Notes under the pieces: model-generated | Database searches by the model: none | Seen by the model: only the letters and a program-made list of their open reading frames with translations | What the model was told of the DNA's origin: nothing | Made by a program: the position numbers and the translations under genes | Source of the DNA: Amoebidium appalachense | Lineage: Eukaryota; Protista; Ichthyosporea | Assembly: GCA_963693365.1 (NCBI GenBank) | Contig: CAVNZM010000003.1 | Span: 6,207,448 to 6,271,447, forward strand | Length of the DNA: 64,000 bases | Direction of reading: 5' to 3' | Shown here: positions 1-12,104 of the stretch, piece by piece | Layout: the number at the start of each line of letters is the position of its first letter | How positions within the stretch are numbered: position 1 is the stretch's first letter

Positions 1-894
1 TGCACAGCGCCTGGCAACCACACGGTGGTTGGCAAGCACGTCGTAGTCCCACCCCTCCATGGGCACCGGCTGTATGCCGAAGGGGCCACACGAGTCCAGA
101 TACTCCTGCTCGGTGAACCCACGAACATACATACAGTAGACGGGGTAGGCACGGTCGCGGGCTGCACAGGCCTCGGTGGCTGTGGCAAAGCGCTCATTCA
201 CGAAGACAAGCACCCTGTTTCCGCCCAATCCAAGCACGTCAAGCGAATCCTGCGGCCGGTGGTAGCTGGGCCCGGTCTTGCGTGCATACTCCCGCACAAA
301 CTTGGGGTTGTGTGCAGGCTCTCTGTGCTCCTGTTTGTATCTGTTGAAGCGTGCACTGCGGGTGACAAGGTTGCTCGAAGAACAGTCGCGTGCCACGTTG
401 TTGCGATGGTCCACCACCATGGCCGTGTGCACGGAGGGGGGCCGCCCAGCCCGCAGCACAACCAGTTGGTGAAGGGACGGAACAAAGGGCGCATCGATGA
501 TCCGTCCAGGCAGGTACACATGCAGGTACGGAGTTGTGGTGTCCGTGCCCCGGCGCACTTGCAGAACCCACCGCAGTCGCAGCACCCACTCCACATCCAC
601 GGGGTCCACCAGCAGGTCGCCGAGCCCCTCCACAGACAGCCTGCCCTCCTCCGCACACGCAACGGTGACGGCAGCCGCCCCCTCGTACACAAACCGCGAC
701 GCCAGGCCAGCACCGCCGTCCCCCGTTCTGTTGTCGGTCAGCACCATGGGGCCGGAGCCTGCACACAGCCCAGCAAGCGCCTCCACCACGTCTACCCATG
801 CCGGCCCCTTGCTGTGCTCGGCAATAAATCGGAGGTGCAGGGGCCACGAGTGCTTCGGCATGCTCACAAGGGAGGAGGAGAGAAGACCAGGCAT
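1..894 (-). CDS. HNH endonuclease with AP2-like segment (3' end runs off the window; absent from the ORF track)
   Basis: Manual translation from ATG 894: MPGLLSSSLVSMPKHSWPLHL...VVDHRNNVARDCSSSNLVTRS (HNH_3-like)...FATATEACAARDRAY (AP2-like helix); open to position 1; AT-rich TATA-like sequence at ~917-926. Confidence 0.65.
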   Translation of the reverse strand, partial: MPGLLSSSLVSMPKHSWPLHLRFIAEHSKGPAWVDVVEALAGLCAGSGPMVLTDNRTGDGGAGLASRFVYEGAAAVTVACAEEGRLSVEGLGDLLVDPVDVEWVLRLRWVLQVRRGTDTTTPYLHVYLPGRIIDAPFVPSLHQLVVLRAGRPPSVHTAMVVDHRNNVARDCSSSNLVTRSARFNRYKQEHREPAHNPKFVREYARKTGPSYHRPQDSLDVLGLGGNRVLVFVNERFATATEACAARDRAYPVYCMYVRGFTEQEYLDSCGPFGIQPVPMEGWDYDVLANHRVVARRCA

Positions 895-946
895 GTTTCC
901 AACTTATGCACACAAAATATTTAAATGGAAGCACGCCTTTATACAT

Positions 947-1343
947 GGGGTCGACTTTGTCAAATCCCGGGTGTGTACACGGGGTCGACTCTGTCGAATC
1001 CCAGTTGTGTGTGTGGTCAAACCCATGTATGACACGTTTGGGGGAAAACAGAGGAGGGTAAACAGGAATGTTCTTATCACTAAGACGGTCCTTCCGCATT
1101 AACCAATCAGGTACATCCACACATCCCAAATAAGGAAGTTTTATTCCATACCACAGTGTATAAGACACATCCACCAATCAGAAACAGTTCTCACACTTTT
1201 TACCCTCCTCGAAATCCCCCACAAACACAGAAAGCCCCTAGTTGTCCCGCAGTTGGCATGGGTAGGCGCACGTGCGCCTGTTCCCGCGCAGACCACGCCC
1301 CGCCTTCCCTGTTTGGGCAACCTGGATTTGACAAAGTCGACCC
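947..1343. repeat. Dispersed MITE-like module bounded by inverted GGGGTCGACTTTGTCAAATCC motifs
   Basis: ggggtcgactttgtcaaatcc at 947 and its reverse complement ending 1343; inner inverted pair gaggagggtaaa/tttaccctcctc; related copies at ~2341-2660, ~7191-7455, ~41065-41260. Confidence 0.7.
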
Positions 1344-1394
1344 CTAGCCCCACTACAGCCAACACAACACAGCGCACGTGCGCCTATCCCAGGT

Positions 1395-2264
1395 TCAGTC
1401 GCCGTTCAGGCCACGCAGTTGGTCCGCCCACGCCCTCTCCCTCTCGCGGTCATACGCGGCCAGCCCCTCGTCCATGTCCTCCGGCAGCCCCTGCCACACC
1501 TTGACGCGGCCAAGGTCGGGCCTCCTCTTGTGCCGCTTGTAGACCGTGTAGGTCACCAGGGGCGCCGCAGCACGCGCGCCGGGGTCCTCGTAGAGGTGCG
1601 GCCTCTTTCGGGCAATGTAGGCGTCGAAGTTGTACCCCATCTCGCACTCGTACTCCGACTCCATGTCCGACTCGCACGAGCTGCAGGCGTCCGACAGGTG
1701 CACCGCGTCCCTCTCCTCCAGCGCCTCCTCCTCCAACCGCAGCATGGCATGCCCCTCCGAGTCCCCCCCGGGGCCGGCCGCGGGCACCTCCCGCGCCCAG
1801 TTCCTGTCCGCCCACCACAGCGGCTTGGGCGGCGGCATGGGCTGCATCCACTGCACGCACCGGCACGCCGCGTTGAAGCGCGCCACCCACTCGGCGGCCC
1901 GCGGGGTCTTGCCGGCTATGCACGGCACCCGCACCCGCAGCAGAGACAGGCCCGCCCCGGGCACCACCCTCGCGAGCGTCTGCAGGGCCTGCGTGCACAT
2001 GGGGCAGTCCGGGTCCAGCCGCTCCCCCGGCACCGTGTGCAGCAGCACCTCCAGCTTGCGGGCCCGCGGCAGGTGGGTGGTCGTCTGCAGCATCTCCCCC
2101 AGGGCGCCCTCCAGCGCGCACGTGCACACGGGCCCGTGGTCCCGCACCTCCTTGGCCACGCTGAGGCCGTCGTCGCAGTAGCGCCACCCGGTAAAGGAAA
2201 GCGTGCACTGGCCCGCGGCACAGCCAGGGGTGGCGCAGGGCCGGTCACACTGCGGGGCTGCCAT
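1395..2264 (-). CDS. Cys-rich hypothetical protein, paralog of 61293-62087
   Basis: ATG 2264 MAAPQCDRP; GC-rich coding; shares GPxCxC, LxVxxHxxP, DCxxCT, PCI and WW motifs with 61293-62087; acidic C-terminus. Confidence 0.7.
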   Translation of the reverse strand: MAAPQCDRPCATPGCAAGQCTLSFTGWRYCDDGLSVAKEVRDHGPVCTCALEGALGEMLQTTTHLPRARKLEVLLHTVPGERLDPDCPMCTQALQTLARVVPGAGLSLLRVRVPCIAGKTPRAAEWVARFNAACRCVQWMQPMPPPKPLWWADRNWAREVPAAGPGGDSEGHAMLRLEEEALEERDAVHLSDACSSCESDMESEYECEMGYNFDAYIARKRPHLYEDPGARAAAPLVTYTVYKRHKRRPDLGRVKVWQGLPEDMDEGLAAYDRERERAWADQLRGLNGD

Positions 2265-2340
2265 GCTTACCGGATACACAGAAAAAAGTCGCCTGCTGTG
2301 CACTCTGTCAAATCCCGGGTGGGTGCACTGGTATGCGCGT

Positions 2341-2660
2341 GGGGTCGACTTTGTCAAATCCCGGGTGGGTCCACAGGGTCGACTCTGTCGAATCCCGGTT
2401 GTGTGTGTGGCCAAACCCCATGTATACACGTTTGGGGGAAAACAGAGGAGGGTAAACAGGAATGTTCCTATCACTAAAACGGTCCTTCCACATTAACCAA
2501 TCATGTACATCCGCACATCCCAAATAAGGAAGTTTTATTCCATACCCCAGTGTATAAGACACATCCACCAATCAGAAACAGTGCTCACACTTTTTACCCT
2601 CCTCGAAATCCCCCACAAACACAGAAAGCCCCTAGTTGTCTACAGTTGTCCACAGTTGTC
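2341..2660. repeat. Second copy of the MITE-like module
   Basis: Near-identical to 947-1250. Confidence 0.75.
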
Positions 2661-2865
2661 TACATCAGTACAGCCGTCACGCGTGGGCGCGACGCACGCC
2701 CCACCTTCCTTGTTTGGGCATCCGCCGGATGACGGAGGTGGGGGGGGGGAGAGAGAGAGAGGCCACACACAGGTTTTGCGCTGCCGGGCCACAGGCCGCA
2801 CCTTTTTATTGCGCATACATACAACAGCGACAGGCCAGCTGCCACCCCCCCCCCCCCCCCCCCAG

Positions 2866-3815
2866 TTAGATCGCTATGCCCCCCATGAGCTCCCCCACGT
2901 CCTCCTCGTCCCCCCCCGGCGGCTCGTTCTCGATGTCGCTGTCCCCGCCGTGCACGCTGGGTGGGTCGTGCAGGCTGCACACCGCCAGCTGCCCACACCG
3001 CCCCATCACAAACATGCCCCCCTTGTCGTGCACGAGCTGCACGTGCAGCAGGCACCCCCCACACAGGAACAGGTGCTCGGCCAGCATGTGCGCAATATCC
3101 GCGTTCCCCTGGGCCTCCGGGCACAGCAGCCGGTCCTTCCTGCGCAGCTTGCCGCAGGCCACCATCAGGTTGCAACGCGCGCACAGGTGGGGGCACTGCC
3201 CCGCCTGCAGCACCCTCCGCGCGGCGGCCGCCACCGGAACAAACGCCCCCCACAGCGGCTGGCGCGTGTGCCACAGGTGGTCCAGGAAGTAGTGGGTCAG
3301 GTGGCTGGCCAGGTCCCGGTTCCTGTGCTCTTGCTTTTCCTCCCACGTGTGCGTGTAGAGGGACGGCTGCACCAGCGCACTCATCACCAGCGGCAGCCTG
3401 TGCGTGCGCACGCGGTTCAGCACAGTGCGTGTCTCACACACACATGGCTCCCTCTCCCCTGTCTCTCGACGGATGCACACACACACACGCACACACACAC
3501 GGCTCCCTCTCCCCCTGTCTCTCGACGGATGCACACACACACACACACACACACACACGGCTCCCTCTCCCCTGTCTCTCGACGGATGCACACACACACA
3601 CACACACCCACACACACCCACACACCCACACACACACACACACACCCACACGGCTCCCTCTCCCCTGTCTCTCCCCGTGCACACACACACCTGGCTGTCA
3701 CGGCACCGGTCTCCTCCCCACACCGGGCAAGCTCGTGCATCACCTCGAGGTAGCATCCTGCATCCTCGGGCATGGCCCTGTACCCCAGCTTCCGGAACTC
3801 TGCATACAGACGCAT
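2866..3815 (-). CDS. Spliced Cys/His-rich hypothetical protein (2 exons)
   Basis: Exon 3815-3691 (MRLYAEF...AVTAR), GT-AG intron 3690-3398 filled with (GT)n, joins in frame to [10 protein letters not shown]...CPHLCARC...CGGC. Confidence 0.7.
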
Positions 3816-4202
3816 CCTGCTGCTCTCCACAAAAACAAGAACGGTTACGTCTGTGTCTGGCCTCGGCGTGCTTCCGTGGCTTTGTGCCTCCCTGCTCCAG
3901 TGTTTTTGTTTACGACACACAGCCAATCGAATCTATGGTGCCCGGGTGATGCAGACCAATCGAATCTATGGTGCCTAGGTGCTCATCCTTAGAGCTGGCT
4001 CGCGTCTGATTGGCCGATTTTGGGAGCCAAAACCCCCGTGTCAATCTTGCGGCTCACCAAACCTCGGGTGTACTATTTAATCGGGACGGAGGCCACACAG
4101 CCGTCTCGGCACCCCGGCACTCAGTCTGGACACGGATTCACTGTCAGTCAACCACACACCCACACCGGCGCATTTTCCTTTTTCTGGACACACACCACGG
4201 CA

Positions 4203-4458
4203 ATGCTGCCTCTGGGCTTGTTCTATGGCGCCCCTGGCCATCTCCCGGGCCAGTTCGCCGGCCCCGGCTCCATTGACGACGTGGCAATGATGCAGGAGTT
4301 GGAGAGAAGGGACGCGCGCAGGACCAGGCGCAAAAGCGCACACCCCACAGCTGGCCATATGTGCATCTTCGACGTATGTGCACTGTCTCTCTCCCCTGTC
4401 TCTCTCAGAGTCCATGCGCACGCACGGCTCCCTCTCCCCTGTCTCTCTCGGAGTCCAT

Positions 4459-4494
<36 letters not shown>

Positions 4495-5773
4495 ACGGCT
4501 CCCTCTCCCCTGTCTCTCTCCACGTGCACACATTTGAGTCAAACTGCCGCTGAACACGTCCACGTCTGCCCACAGGAGTACAGGGATGTCCGCGTCTCGC
4601 GCAAGAAGTTCTACCCCCGTGTCGCAAAATACTCGGAGCCTGCCTTGGCAGAGTACCACATCAGGGGCCTCTTCCTGGCCCCCGTAGCCGAGGCCCCCGA
4701 GTACCTCCAGCACGGCGCCGGCCGCCCGGGACGGCACAGGACCCGTCTTGTGACCGTGGTGGCCAGGCCCCGGGACCACGACACCATCAGAAAGACGTAC
4801 ACCATGGACCGCTTTGCCCTGCGCCTCCTGCAGAGGCTCAACCTGTGCTGGCGCATGCTGCCCTCCCCGGTGGTCCACTATGTCCCCAAGCAGCGCCGTG
4901 CGGGCCGCCCGCCCGTCTCCCCCAGGCAGACCATCCGGGTGGACAACACTCCCCAGCAGAACATCACCGGCGAGCTTGTGTTGGTGGCCGAAAACACCAT
5001 TGTCGCGGTACGTGGCCCTCTTGCGCATCCCTCTCTCGTAGGCATGGCAGGGTGTCGTCTGTGGTCGTGCCGTGTGGTGCCTTCAAGTCGCAACACCGTA
5101 TCCACTGTGTGGCTGACCCCCCCCCCCTCCCCCCCCCCCCACACACACACACACACACGCACACACACAGGAGAGCGACTTGGTCCGCGCGTCCGAGCTC
5201 ATCTTCAACTACGGCCTCCAGTACATGCCCAGCCACCCCCTTCTCCGTCCCCTGCAGCCCGGCGAGCGTGTCATCTACCGCGACGGCCAGTGCGAAAACC
5301 TGACCGTGTCCAACCTGTTGGTGGTCTCCGAGCGCGCCGCTCGCAAATTCACCGACCTGCTCGTCTGGCACTCAAACTACAGGTGCCTGGAGCAGTCCTC
5401 CGGGGGCCCGGTGCCGGCCACCCACTCCTTTGACTGCGACCCCCTCGGCACGGGCTACCCCATCACCCTGTACACCTTCACCACCTGCTGCTTGGGCCAC
5501 GCCACTGCACACATGCGCGCCCTCCTCGCCGCCACCGTCTGCACCGTCGAAGGCCACCCCCCTACGGTCCTGCGGGCCCTGGACGGCTACCTCAAGAACG
5601 CCCCGCCCCCCGTCCTCCCAGGCAGCTCAAAGACCTGCCCGTGCCCCGAGCGCATCGTGCACAGGTACATCATCGCGGCCACCGTGCGTCGCCACATGCG
5701 CGTCGCCCTGTTTGGTGTGGCAAGAATGGAGCTGGCCCAGAGACTGAGGCCGAGCCTCCCTGTCACCCCGTAG
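4203..5773 (+). CDS. Three-exon protein with degenerate HNH-like motif
   Basis: Exons 4203-4373, 4576-5007, 5171-5773; both introns GT-AG and phase 0; VIYRDGQCENLTVSNL resembles HNH_3 with the His replaced by Tyr. Confidence 0.7.
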
Positions 5774-5904
5774 GCGGGCCAACCTTTTGTGGCGGGCCTG
5801 GCTGCCCACTTTTGACAATAAAAGCATATGGGTTCCACAGTGTATTGGCTACTCTACTAGTGTTGCCCGTCGAAATCCCCACAGGAGGGAAGGGGGTGGG
5901 CCCG

Positions 5905-5955
<51 letters not shown>

Positions 5956-6076
5956 GGGAAGGGGGGGGGGGGGTGGGGGGGGGGGAGTGAAGGGGGGGGG
6001 GGGGGGGGGGTGGGGGGAGTGAAGGGGGGGAGGGGGTAATACTCTGGTGGATTTGACAAAGTCGGCCCCCTGCCAA

Positions 6077-6275
6077 CACCCAAGTCCACGCACACGTACA
6101 CCCAAGTCCACACACGTACACCCAAGTCCACACACGTACACCCAAGTCCACACACGTACACCCAAGTCCACACACGTACACCCAAGTCCACACACGTGTA
6201 CACCCAAGTCCATACACATGTACACCCAAGTCCATACACGTGTACACCCAAGTCCACACACGTACACCCAAGTCT
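6077..6275. repeat. 20-bp minisatellite (cacccaagtccacacacgta)n
   Basis: About 9-10 tandem copies visible. Confidence 0.9.
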
Positions 6276-6432
6276 ATCCAAGTCGGCTTCGCTGGTACAA
6301 TCACGGCTGGGTTGGGGTCTGTAACCCCCCTGCACATTCGAAACCTGTCGATATGCGGGGCTCTACATATGTGGGACCACCGCAAAAGCGGCAGGCTTGA
6401 TACCAGAGCACGGCTACAGGCCGAACCGAGAC

Positions 6433-6572
6433 CTCTCCCGGCATATCCAAGCCTATCTGGGCAGATCCCGGCATATCCAAGCCTATCTGGGCAGATCCCG
6501 GCATATCCAGGCCTATCTGCAGTGGGCAGATCCCGGCCTGTCCACTCCTATCTGGGCAGATCCCGGCATATC
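6433..6572. repeat. 30-bp tandem repeat (gcctatctgggcagatcccggcatatccaa)
   Basis: About 4 imperfect copies. Confidence 0.85.
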
Positions 6573-6917
6573 CACGCCACCACCAGCCTCGGGCCCTGGA
6601 GCCAACTGGGGAGGACAGGGGGGGGGGGTATTTAGACCTACAGGGAGGACAGGGGGGGGGGTATTCAAAGTTTAGACCTACAGGGAGGGGGGGGGGGAAG
6701 GGGGGGGGGTATTTAGACCTACAGGGAGGACAGGGGGGGGGAGGGGGGGACGTGGTATGTGCAAGGGGTTGACTTTGTCAAATATAGGATTGACAGGGGA
6801 TCGACTTTGTCAAATCCCGAGTGAAATAGAGAGAATATACCAGTAGCGAGGGAGGGAGTGAGTGGGGGGGGGGGGGGGTACACACGTTGGGGTCAGTCTG
6901 GATTCGACAAAGTCGAT

Positions 6918-6953
<36 letters not shown>

Positions 6954-6988
6954 GTAACACACACACCGTAACACACACACACACACAC

Positions 6989-7024
<36 letters not shown>

Positions 7025-7038
7025 GTAACACACACACC

Positions 7039-7076
<38 letters not shown>

Positions 7077-7143
7077 GTAACACACACCGTTACACACCGT
7101 AACACACACCGTTACACACCGTAACACACACCGTTACACAACC

Positions 7144-7184
<41 letters not shown>

Positions 7185-7190
7185 ACACAC

Positions 7191-7455
7191 CCGGGATTTG
7201 ACAAAGTCGATCCCAAGCACAACCCCTGTATACACGGGTGTGGGGGAAAACAGAGGAGGGTAAACAGGAATGTTCTTATCACTAAAACAGTCCTTCCGCA
7301 TTAACCAATCACATACATCCGCACCTTCCATATATGGCAACAACATTCTAAACCCCAGTGTATAAGACACATCCACCAATCAGAAACACGTATCGTACTT
7401 TTTACCCTCCTCGAAATCCCCCACAAACACAGAAAGCCCCTAGTTGTCCACAGTT
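7191..7455. repeat. Third copy of the MITE-like module
   Basis: gaggagggtaaacaggaatgttcttatcac...tttaccctcctcgaaatcccccacaaac, preceded by the GTCGA motif. Confidence 0.75.
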
Positions 7456-7988
7456 GCCCGGCAGTTGGCACGACCAGGCGCACGTGCGCACACCGAAAGC
7501 CACGGAACGGGAGGGGAGGGGGGGGGGGTGCGTGGATGGGCCGCGCGCCCCAGGGGGCGTCCGGCGTCCGGGAGCCACCCAACGGCCACTCGGGCGGGGG
7601 CCAGGCACGACCAACGCGGGGGGGGATATGGGGAGGGGGGGGAGGGGGGCAGCCCCAGTGGCGCCGCAACCCGACTTGGGTGCATGCCCACGCCACACTC
7701 GCCGCCGCCGCATCGCGCCTAAAACCTCGACGCTTCGCCGCGCGCGAAAAAGTGCGGGAGTCTACTACACATTGCCCTCCACCACACATCACAGTCTTGC
7801 GTTGCTCTCACATTCAGGTGGGCTGTTCCCTCGGAGGGGGGGGGTGTATATACAAAGTGTCGACTTTGTCAAATCCGGGATTTGCAGGGGGCCGACTTTG
7901 TCAAATCCCGGTGAAAATAGAGACAGAGAATATAGGGAGGGAGGGAGTGAGCGAGTGAGGGGGTAGAGGGAGGGGGGGGGGGCAATCC

Positions 7989-8196
7989 AGGTGGTGCCAC
8001 CCAATGGCATCAAGTCTTTAAAATAGAAACGGGTTCGGTGGTGCCATCCAATGGTATCAATTTATTGTATCAAAAGCAAGTTCAGTGGTGCCATCCAATG
8101 GCATTAAGTCTTTAAAAATAGAAATGGGTTCGGTGGTGCCATCCAATGGTATAAATTTATCATATCAAAAGCAAGTTCGGGTGGTGCCATCCAATG
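7989..8196. repeat. ~48-bp tandem repeat with core ggtggtgccatccaatgg (dimeric ~97-bp period)
   Basis: Five copies of the core alternating between two spacer types. Confidence 0.85.
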
Positions 8197-8375
8197 ACAT
8201 TATTTCCATATATTTGTTTTGTTGTATATCAGTGGTTACAAGATATAGCTAATCACCAGAATGCACAACCAGAACACCTGTTAAGGAGAAATACAATGAG
8301 AATGCAACAAACTTTGAACATGGCGATTCATCATATGAACATGGCATGTAAAAACACACCAGTGCCGTCTCGAAC

Positions 8376-10169
8376 CTAAAGGGAGTGGAAGGGCCATGGG
8401 GATAATTGGTACAGGCCAATGTCTATATAGTTAGCATCTAGGTTGTTGGTTGGTCCAGTGACGGTGGAGTAAAGGGGGGCCGAACCAACCCCTCCCCGGG
8501 TGCCAAGCATGGGTGCTGGTTGGTATCTGACACTCCTGCGAGTCAAAAGAGTACTGGATCCTGCCAATGGCACTACACTGTGACGTCGTGGAACGGGCAA
8601 ATCCATTCCCACAAATCTGCTTGGCAGAGGGATTGTGGGGCTTGATGTTTGTACATGAAGTGTTTGTAAAGAAGAATTGGATGGCACGTACATGGAGAGA
8701 GAAGATACGGACCCAGACTGGTGCAAAATCGTTGCGCTGCCAGTGGTTGCAGTTGCAGGCGACGAAACAGACAACGGCGCCAGGGGTTGGTGTGGCGTGT
8801 GATGGATGCCAAGCAAACCGTCAAAATCGGCCGACGGGCTACTGCTGCTGTCGACACATGTGTTGGATTCCAGCAAGTGCAGCACGTCTGTCACTAGCTC
8901 GTGGTCTTCGTTGTCGTAGGTCAGCTCTGTGGCGTCCCCTCCACTTGCTGAAACGGGGCCATCGTGATCTGTGTGCTCTCCTGCAGACCCAAAAAGCAGC
9001 CCCCAAGCGGATTCAAATTCTTGATCGAAACTTGCCTGTTTGTGAGTGTTGGTGTGTGTTTGGATGTGTGTGTGGGTCCACCCGGGGCCGGGGGAGGGGG
9101 GGGGGGTCAGAAACACAAACGCCGTCCTGCCACGCGACATACTACCCAAACCAAAAGTACACACCTTGGTGGTTGAAACAGGCCATGCATGGAGCTTGAG
9201 CAGTTTCAATGTCCGGATCGACATTGCTCTCTCGAAGCACTCCAGCAGCAGAAGCCCCAACTTGATATCATCTGCAAACCGCCAATTTCCCGAATTTCCA
9301 AGTGTTTCGCGGTCTTTTTTCTCCCCCTTGTTGACGTGCAAGCCTTTGGTAGCGCTGTTTTGAAACTCACAGCCCAACACGCCATTTTTTGTTCGGTGTG
9401 GCACATGTCTGGCCTTGCAAAAATGAGACAACACGATGGCCTCCTTGATCCCGGCAGTGACTGTCTCGGGGAACTCCCATAGGGCACCTGCGTCCAGCGA
9501 CATATTCAACCATCGACTGTAGATACTTCTGTGCATGCGGCCGACTGCGTTCGTGACACCGCGGGGGTGTATTTTACTGGATGTTTCCGTATCGATTTTA
9601 TCTGTCGTCATTTTGTGAAACAACTCCCCACGAGCCTCGTGGTTTTCTTTCGCCTTTTGCTGGATTTCTTGCCACGGATAGAGCCTGCAAAGACGACAAA
9701 TAGCTTATTAGACACCCTCAAGAGTGGCCACATTCACCCATACACATACTAGTCAGCCACACCAACAGGCCCGCACTTCAAGTTGTTCTCACCTTAGAAT
9801 TGCAGCCATGCCTGCTGATTTGAGCGTAGCATCCAGTACCCAAAGAATCCGACAGGCACAGTACCCACGGCCATCAGGATCGGGTATATGGCAGCACAGA
9901 GGTGGATGCTGCAAGTCAAGATGTTTTTTGGTGTTTGTGAAAAACCACCCGCCGTCAATGTTCGTGTAGAGTATTTTGTAAACCTCCTTTGGCACTACAC
10001 CATCTTGGGCTGAATTCAGCACCCGTGCTACTTCCCTAAACACCTGAGACTGGTGTGTTTCGGCAACAAGAACAGCATCATTCATAGGTTTCAGTTTGAG
10101 GTCGATAGCATTTGCTTCTTCGTTTTTGGGATCACTTGCTTGAGGGAAAAAGACAGAATTGCAAGACAT
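8376..10169 (-). CDS. Multi-exon hypothetical protein (5' exons unresolved)
   Basis: GT-AG intron 9792-9685 joins ...MAAILR to LYPWQEIQQKAKE in frame; probable second intron 9164-9036; Ser/Pro-rich C-terminus. Confidence 0.55.
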
Positions 10170-10955
10170 GCTGGCTCACGGAAACTTAGAGTGAAACAGA
10201 TGGCACGTACACTCTGAAGGGTTTTGAGTGTGATTCTACTTTTTATACATGTCCAATTTTGGAGATGACCATGAGCCACCAATCAACAAGGGGATAGGAA
10301 CTGTTGTTTTTTTTGAGCCCGACCCTATTGGCTAGATATGAACTATTGATTTTGGATCCAAGGACCTGCCCTGCTGAAAGTGTTAACCCTGGTATATATG
10401 TGTACATTTGTATGCACTGACAAAAAAATAATTGACCATAATACACACACCCACAAACCGAATAGGGACTCTAATACAAAACAAAAAAGACACAAGTATG
10501 CAAGTGTCATTTTGTGTTGTGTTAAAACGCCGATCCACAATTCAAACCCTGGTCAATCGTAAGAATTCGAATGAGCCAATCACAAATCAGCCCCGCTGGA
10601 TCAAACCTAATTGGTTTGTACAGAGGCTGCACACGTATACAGATGCCAGGCCCAGTCTGGTCTCGGATGGGTGTAGCGGCATAGGTTATTGCTCATGTAC
10701 ACACGAGAGTGTGAATGGACTTCTGAGACACACACACATCCCTTTAGAGGCATGGACGTCTGATACACACGCATCCTTTTAGAGGCATGGACTTCCGGTA
10801 CACACGCATCCTTTTAGAGGCACGGACTTCCGGTACACACACATCCTTTTAGAGGTACCTCCATTTCCACGGACATGGATCCTTTTACAGCCTTCTCCAG
10901 TTTCACCGAAACAAACCGCTATCCAGACTTGTTCAATGCAACACACACGCACACA

Positions 10956-11191
<236 letters not shown>

Positions 11192-11528
11192 GAGAGAGAG
11201 CGAAGTTTCGGCAATGCATAGCCCTGTTAGACGTAGTCAGGAGTGTTGCCGAGTAGAGTGATGTGCGGCTCAGTGTGCCACCACAGGCTCGTGTCTTGCG
11301 TTTGGTCGTGGCTGAACTAGTAGCCACGAGTATTTTTTTTACTTTAACACGGTTGGTTGATATGTACCGAATACACCTAAACGCTGCAGGTGGTACTCAC
11401 ACGACGGGATGCAACTATCAGTAGGAAAGGGTGGCTAATTTTTAGTTGGGAAATTTACACAACAGCACCGTGTTTTGGTGGGTGAAGTACCTAGTGAGTG
11501 GGCGTTATATGCGTGGGTGTGCCTTTCT

Positions 11529-12104
11529 CTACTTCACTTCGGTATCTGAGTCGCTTTTGTTGTCCACTACCCGCCGTTTTCCCTGTGCACGGTTGGCTTC
11601 CGAGTCTTCCTCCCCGTTGGCCATTCGTATAGCGTTGAACTGCTTTGCCTCTTCCTTGCTTGCCTGGATCCGGGTCTCAAGATGCAGTGCCTTTTGTGTA
11701 CGGTCTGCCAACTCTCTTTCCATGACCTCGTCCAGTATGCTCTGTGCCTCTCGCTTTTCCCTGACCAGCTGGTAAAGAACACCATCTTTGTAGACAGTCT
11801 TTTCCACTTGCGCGGTATTGGGGGGAAGCAGCATCCAAGAATTGGTTTCAGATATCATCACGTCAAAGGCAACGTCACCCAGCTGCCGGGCATAGGCCTC
11901 TGCATTTGCAACCGTGTCAAACACCCCACGCACCTTGAGTGCCAGCTTCCCCTCTACATCGAGCCGCTGGTTGCACCCAGCCCCGGCCACACTGAACACC
12001 ACGTATCTCTGTCCGGGCACGTGCTCGTCTCTGTCTGCCAGGTGCGTGGGCTTGTGTAGCACCGTCGGGGTGCTGTCTGTGGCCATAGGGGCAGGGGTAT
12101 ACAT
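11529..12104 (-). CDS. Conserved NCLDV protein, DUF5832-like
   Basis: PGQRYVVFSV...LKVRGVFDTVANAEAY...FDVMISETNSWMLLPP...VYKDGVLYQLV followed by coiled coil matches my recollection of this giant-virus family. Confidence 0.7.
   Translation of the reverse strand: MYTPAPMATDSTPTVLHKPTHLADRDEHVPGQRYVVFSVAGAGCNQRLDVEGKLALKVRGVFDTVANAEAYARQLGDVAFDVMISETNSWMLLPPNTAQVEKTVYKDGVLYQLVREKREAQSILDEVMERELADRTQKALHLETRIQASKEEAKQFNAIRMANGEEDSEANRAQGKRRVVDNKSDSDTEVK

Noticed and set aside
25-924. 299-aa plus-strand ORF and similar long ORFs such as 1419-2477 and 59251-60381
   Set aside because: They are in-register antisense shadows of GC-rich genes on the other strand.
1025-1102. DTFGGKQ...VLITKTVL resembles the Bro-N motif DTLGGKQ
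   Set aside because: The match is short, lies in a non-coding repeat, is followed by a stop and has no other Bro-N motifs.
5641-7180. Many poly-Pro, poly-Gly, CV and HT ORFs here and elsewhere
   Set aside because: They are translations of homopolymers and microsatellites.
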